Source of the DNA: Eledone cirrhosa
Taxonomy: Eukaryota
Length of the DNA: 64,000 bases
Direction: 5' to 3'
Assembly (NCBI GenBank): GCA_964016885.1
Contig: OZ024760.1
Coordinates: 22,320,001-22,384,000 of the forward strand
The translations under genes and the position numbers were made by a program. A model generated the notes under the pieces. That model was not told the origin of the DNA. It did no database searches and saw only the letters and a list, made by a program, of their open reading frames with translations. Positions 60,646 through 64,000 of this stretch are shown here, in pieces. The first letter of the stretch is position 1. Each line of letters opens with the position of its first letter.

Positions 60646-61100
60646 TAGGAACGAGTAGGACCCCGACGGCTGAGCTCAAGCCGTCTCGACGGCTAATTCT
60701 GGACTAAATGAAAATATTTATCCTGGTATTTGAATAGCCGAGCTTATCAAGGGGTAATTCCATATATGGTAAAAGTGATTGTCACAAGGATTGGTCAAAA
60801 GTTTGTTGTTGAGTCATAATAATTCTATCATGGCAATCTGTGGAGGGAAGGGGTAGCTGAAACCTCCATAAATTGCCATGATAGAATTATTATGTCTCAA
60901 CAACAAACTTTTGACCAAACCTTGTGACAATCACTTTTACCATATATGCAATTACCCCTTGATAAGCTCGGCTATTCAAATACCAGGATAAAAATGTTCA
61001 TTTAGTCCAGAATTAGCCGTCGAAACGGCTTGAGCTCAGCCGTCGGGGTCCTACTCGTTCCTATTACACACTCTACTACCCTAAGTACCGAGTACTTTGG
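60645..61100 (+). mobile_element. PLE-like fold-back (palindrome 60645-61064 plus tail)
   Basis: Arms ~200 bp with a 16-nt spacer; HHRs at 60660-60755 (-, GAGA mutation) and 60954-61049 (+). Confidence 0.85.
60954..61049 (+). ncRNA. Type I hammerhead ribozyme, U3:A8 variant with enlarged stem II
   Basis: ACCCC-TTGATAA-[GCTCGGCTATTC...GAATTAGCCGTC]-GAAA-CGGCT-TGAGCTC-AGCCG-TC-GGGGT. Confidence 0.8.
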
Positions 61101-61102
61101 GT

Positions 61103-61173
61103 GATGTGTTGGTGTAATGGTAGCACAGTGATCGCGATAACCAAAGATGTGGGTTCGACTCCCATGTACGTCA
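61103..61173 (+). pseudogene. tRNA-like sequence (pseudo-tRNA or SINE head)
   Basis: Acceptor GATGTGT/GTACGTC, D-arm GTGT-AATGGTA-GCAC, T-arm GTGGG-TTCGACT-CCCAT; anticodon stem mismatched. Confidence 0.65.
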
Positions 61174-61429
61174 ATACTCATCTTTTTCCATTTATCTGAG
61201 GGTTCTAAACCCCATTATCAGGCTAAAATTCCTTTAGTCAAAAATACGGTGAAAGCTATTCTATTTTCTATATATATTATATATATATTATATATATCAA
61301 TCAAGTATGTTTTGAATCAGTGAGTATATATATATATATATATATGTATATATACGTGTTTGTGTATGTGTATATGTAAGTGTCTGTTTCCATTTACAGC
61401 AATTAAAAACTCCAAAGACGACGACACCT

Positions 61430-62306
61430 AAAACAACAACAACAACAGCAACATCTACAACAACAACAACAACAACAACAGCAACAGCAACAATAATAAC
61501 AACAATAGCTACAACAATAATAACGACGACACCAAAAACAAAGACAACTATACCACATTAACCACAAGAACAAAGCTGACGATACCATAACAACAACAAG
61601 AACAGCAACAACATCAAAAGACAACTATAACAACAACAACAACAACTAGACCACCACCACAACATCATCAACATCAAAGCTAATTATACCACAACAACAA
61701 CAATGACAACAACGACAACAACAACAGCAACAACAGAGCTAACTATACCACAACAACCTCAAGAACAACACAACAGTACCTACAACAACTACAGTAACAA
61801 CAATAACAACAACTACAACAGTAACAGCAACAATGACATCATCAACAACAGTAACAACACCAACAGTAACAACACCAACAGTAACAACACCAACAACAAC
61901 AACACCAGCAACAACAACACCAGCAACAACAACAGTAGCAACAACAACAGTAACAACAACAGTAGCAACAACAGTAACAACAACAACAGTAACAACAACA
62001 ACAGTAACAACAACAACAGTAACAACACCAACAGTAACAACACCAACAGTAACAACACCAACAGTAACAACACCAACAGTAACAACAACAGTAGCAACAA
62101 CAACAGTAGCAACAACAACAGTAACAACAGTAACAACAACAACAGTAACAACAACAACAACAGTAACAACAACAACAGTAACAACAACAACAGTAACAAC
62201 ACCAACAGTAACAACAACAACAACAGTAGCAACAACAACAGTAGCAACAACAGTAACAACAACAACAGTAACAACAACAGTAACAACAACAACAGTAACA
62301 ACAACA
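61430..62306. repeat. (CAA)n degenerate repeat
   Basis: Direct reading. Confidence 0.9.
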
Positions 62307-62581
62307 GTTGCAGCTATAACCAGGAAACCATTACATAATGACGTTATCAACAGATTATCCGCCATTTTTCGATGTGTTTAATTGATTTTGCTTGTTCAAT
62401 GGTCTGTTGAAAGGTGGGGTGGTGGGGTGGGTGGTGCGTGGGGGGTGGGGTGTAGTAAGGTTCCACACCATATATGGTAGGTGATTGCTGTTGGCATGGT
62501 GGTGGTGAAAGGGACCAATTGTGGCGGTAAAGGTAATGGTTAACAATAACAGCGATGGTGTTGGCGGTGTCAATATTCTAG

Positions 62582-62657
<76 letters not shown>

Positions 62658-62859
62658 GCGTAAGTACATATGTACGTACGTATATATATATATATGCGTA
62701 AGTACATATGTACGTACGTATGTAAGTATGTGCGTATGTATTTGCGTATGTATGTATGTATGTATGTATGTAAGTGTGACTTTACGTACGTACTTATATA
62801 TGTATGTACGTACGTATGTGTGAGTGTGTGTGTGTGTAGATTTCCGATTTCTCTCAGAG

Positions 62860-63015
62860 TTGGGGTAACCACAGTTAAAAAAAAGAGTACTCAATACATT
62901 AGGAAAGTATAAGCGTATTTTATTTTATATAAAAATGGCTTTTACAGGACTAAAACAGTTTCATTCAAATGAAATCATCAGGAAGGATTTCATACGAATG
63001 AAACAATTCTAGTCG
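62860..63015 (-). mobile_element. PLE-like fragment (2476 family) with HHR-like core 62950-62983 and a short inverted copy
   Basis: Minus strand CTGATGA-TTTCATTTGAAT-GAAACTGTT; GGTAACCACAGT..GTACTCAATACAT shared with 2497-2528. Confidence 0.65.
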
Positions 63016-63050
63016 TGCCGAAGATAGTTTTATATAAAATAATATTTATA

Positions 63051-63071
<21 letters not shown>

Positions 63072-63088
<17 letters not shown>

Positions 63089-63307
63089 TACAGTCGATCG
63101 ACTTTCGTCAAATCGGACCGAGGAAACAATGTTTCCGTTGGTCTTTCCAATTGCTAATACTATCTATCGGTCGCAACTCCAGGTAGAAGCAGCAGCGTGA
63201 AATAAAGTGTCTTGCTCAAGGACATAACACATCGTTCGGTCCAGGAAACGAACTCACAACCTCATGATTGCGCATCCAATTCTCTTACCACTCAGCCACG
63301 TGACTTC
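63072..63307 (-). mobile_element. SINE family B
   Basis: Reverse complement of 26457-26655, diverged. Confidence 0.8.
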
Positions 63308-63537
63308 ACATACATATATATACATACATATACATATATATAAACACACACACACACATACACACACAAATAGTATCAAAGGAATCTCAATCTTGTTTCA
63401 TCAAATAATTATTTTTAATCTCTTTCAAATGTTTCGGGTGAACTGTGACCTCGAATTATTCAATTGTTTTTGTAAATTTCATCTTCATCAATAGACTAAA
63501 TATAAATCTTGCCTCGCACTTCACCTTCATCAGAGGG

Positions 63538-63679
63538 TTTAATATAGAAATGGCTACTACAGCGCTAGAACTGTTTCTAGTCTTGTAGAAGCCATATCTA
63601 TATTAAAACTCATGTTAACTCTCTAATAATATATAAAGTATCTTACTTATTGTGGTACCCGTGAGTGAACCCGGGACTC
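63538..63679 (+). mobile_element. PLE-like fold-back (palindrome 63538-63607 plus tail), 2476 family
   Basis: Inversion pivots at AGAACTGTTTCT; tail TTACTTATTGTGGTACCC..GAACCCGGGACTC shared with 3130-3173. Confidence 0.6.
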
Positions 63680-63715
63680 AAACACACACACACACACACA
63701 CATATATATATTATA

Positions 63716-63764
<49 letters not shown>

Positions 63765-64000
63765 CATATATATATATGTGTGTGTGTGTAGATAAATCTA
63801 CCAAAATATACGGTAGTATCCAATCCGTATGAAGAACTCAATGTAATCCAAATATCATGAAAAGAGAAGATGTATTCAAATTTTTTTCGATGAAAAACAC
63901 AGGAAAACAGAGTCAAGATAAATTACTAAAAATAATGAATAAAAACAAAGAAACAGTTCCTTATATTAAAAAATTCATCATTTTACGATCGTTTCTAGGA

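Noticed and set aside
61703-62381. Asn/Thr-rich mucin-like ORFs
   Set aside because: (CAA)n repeat, open in several frames on both strands.

Overview
Repeat-dominated, AT-rich eukaryotic non-coding window. The SINE and microsatellite content suggests a cephalopod or other mollusc (inference, not verified). No convincing intact protein-coding gene: almost all listed ORFs are translations of (TA)n/(CA)n/(GA)n/(GGT)n/(CAA)n tracts and minisatellites. Recognisable interspersed repeats are tRNA-derived SINEs, RTE and CRE-like LINE 3' fragments, and piggyBac- and Tc1/mariner-type MITEs. The main signal is about 20 hammerhead-ribozyme (HHR) motifs (CUGANGA...GAAA...UH), several degenerate, from at least 8 sequence-unrelated families. 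They lie in short non-coding Penelope-like (PLE) fragments, many adjoining (TA)n. About nine of these fragments form fold-back palindromes of about 70-470 bp with outward-pointing HHR sequence and often a one-sided tail. Variants include U3:A8 core covariation, palindromic stem III and greatly enlarged stem II domains. All ribozyme calls are manual folds; activity is untested.
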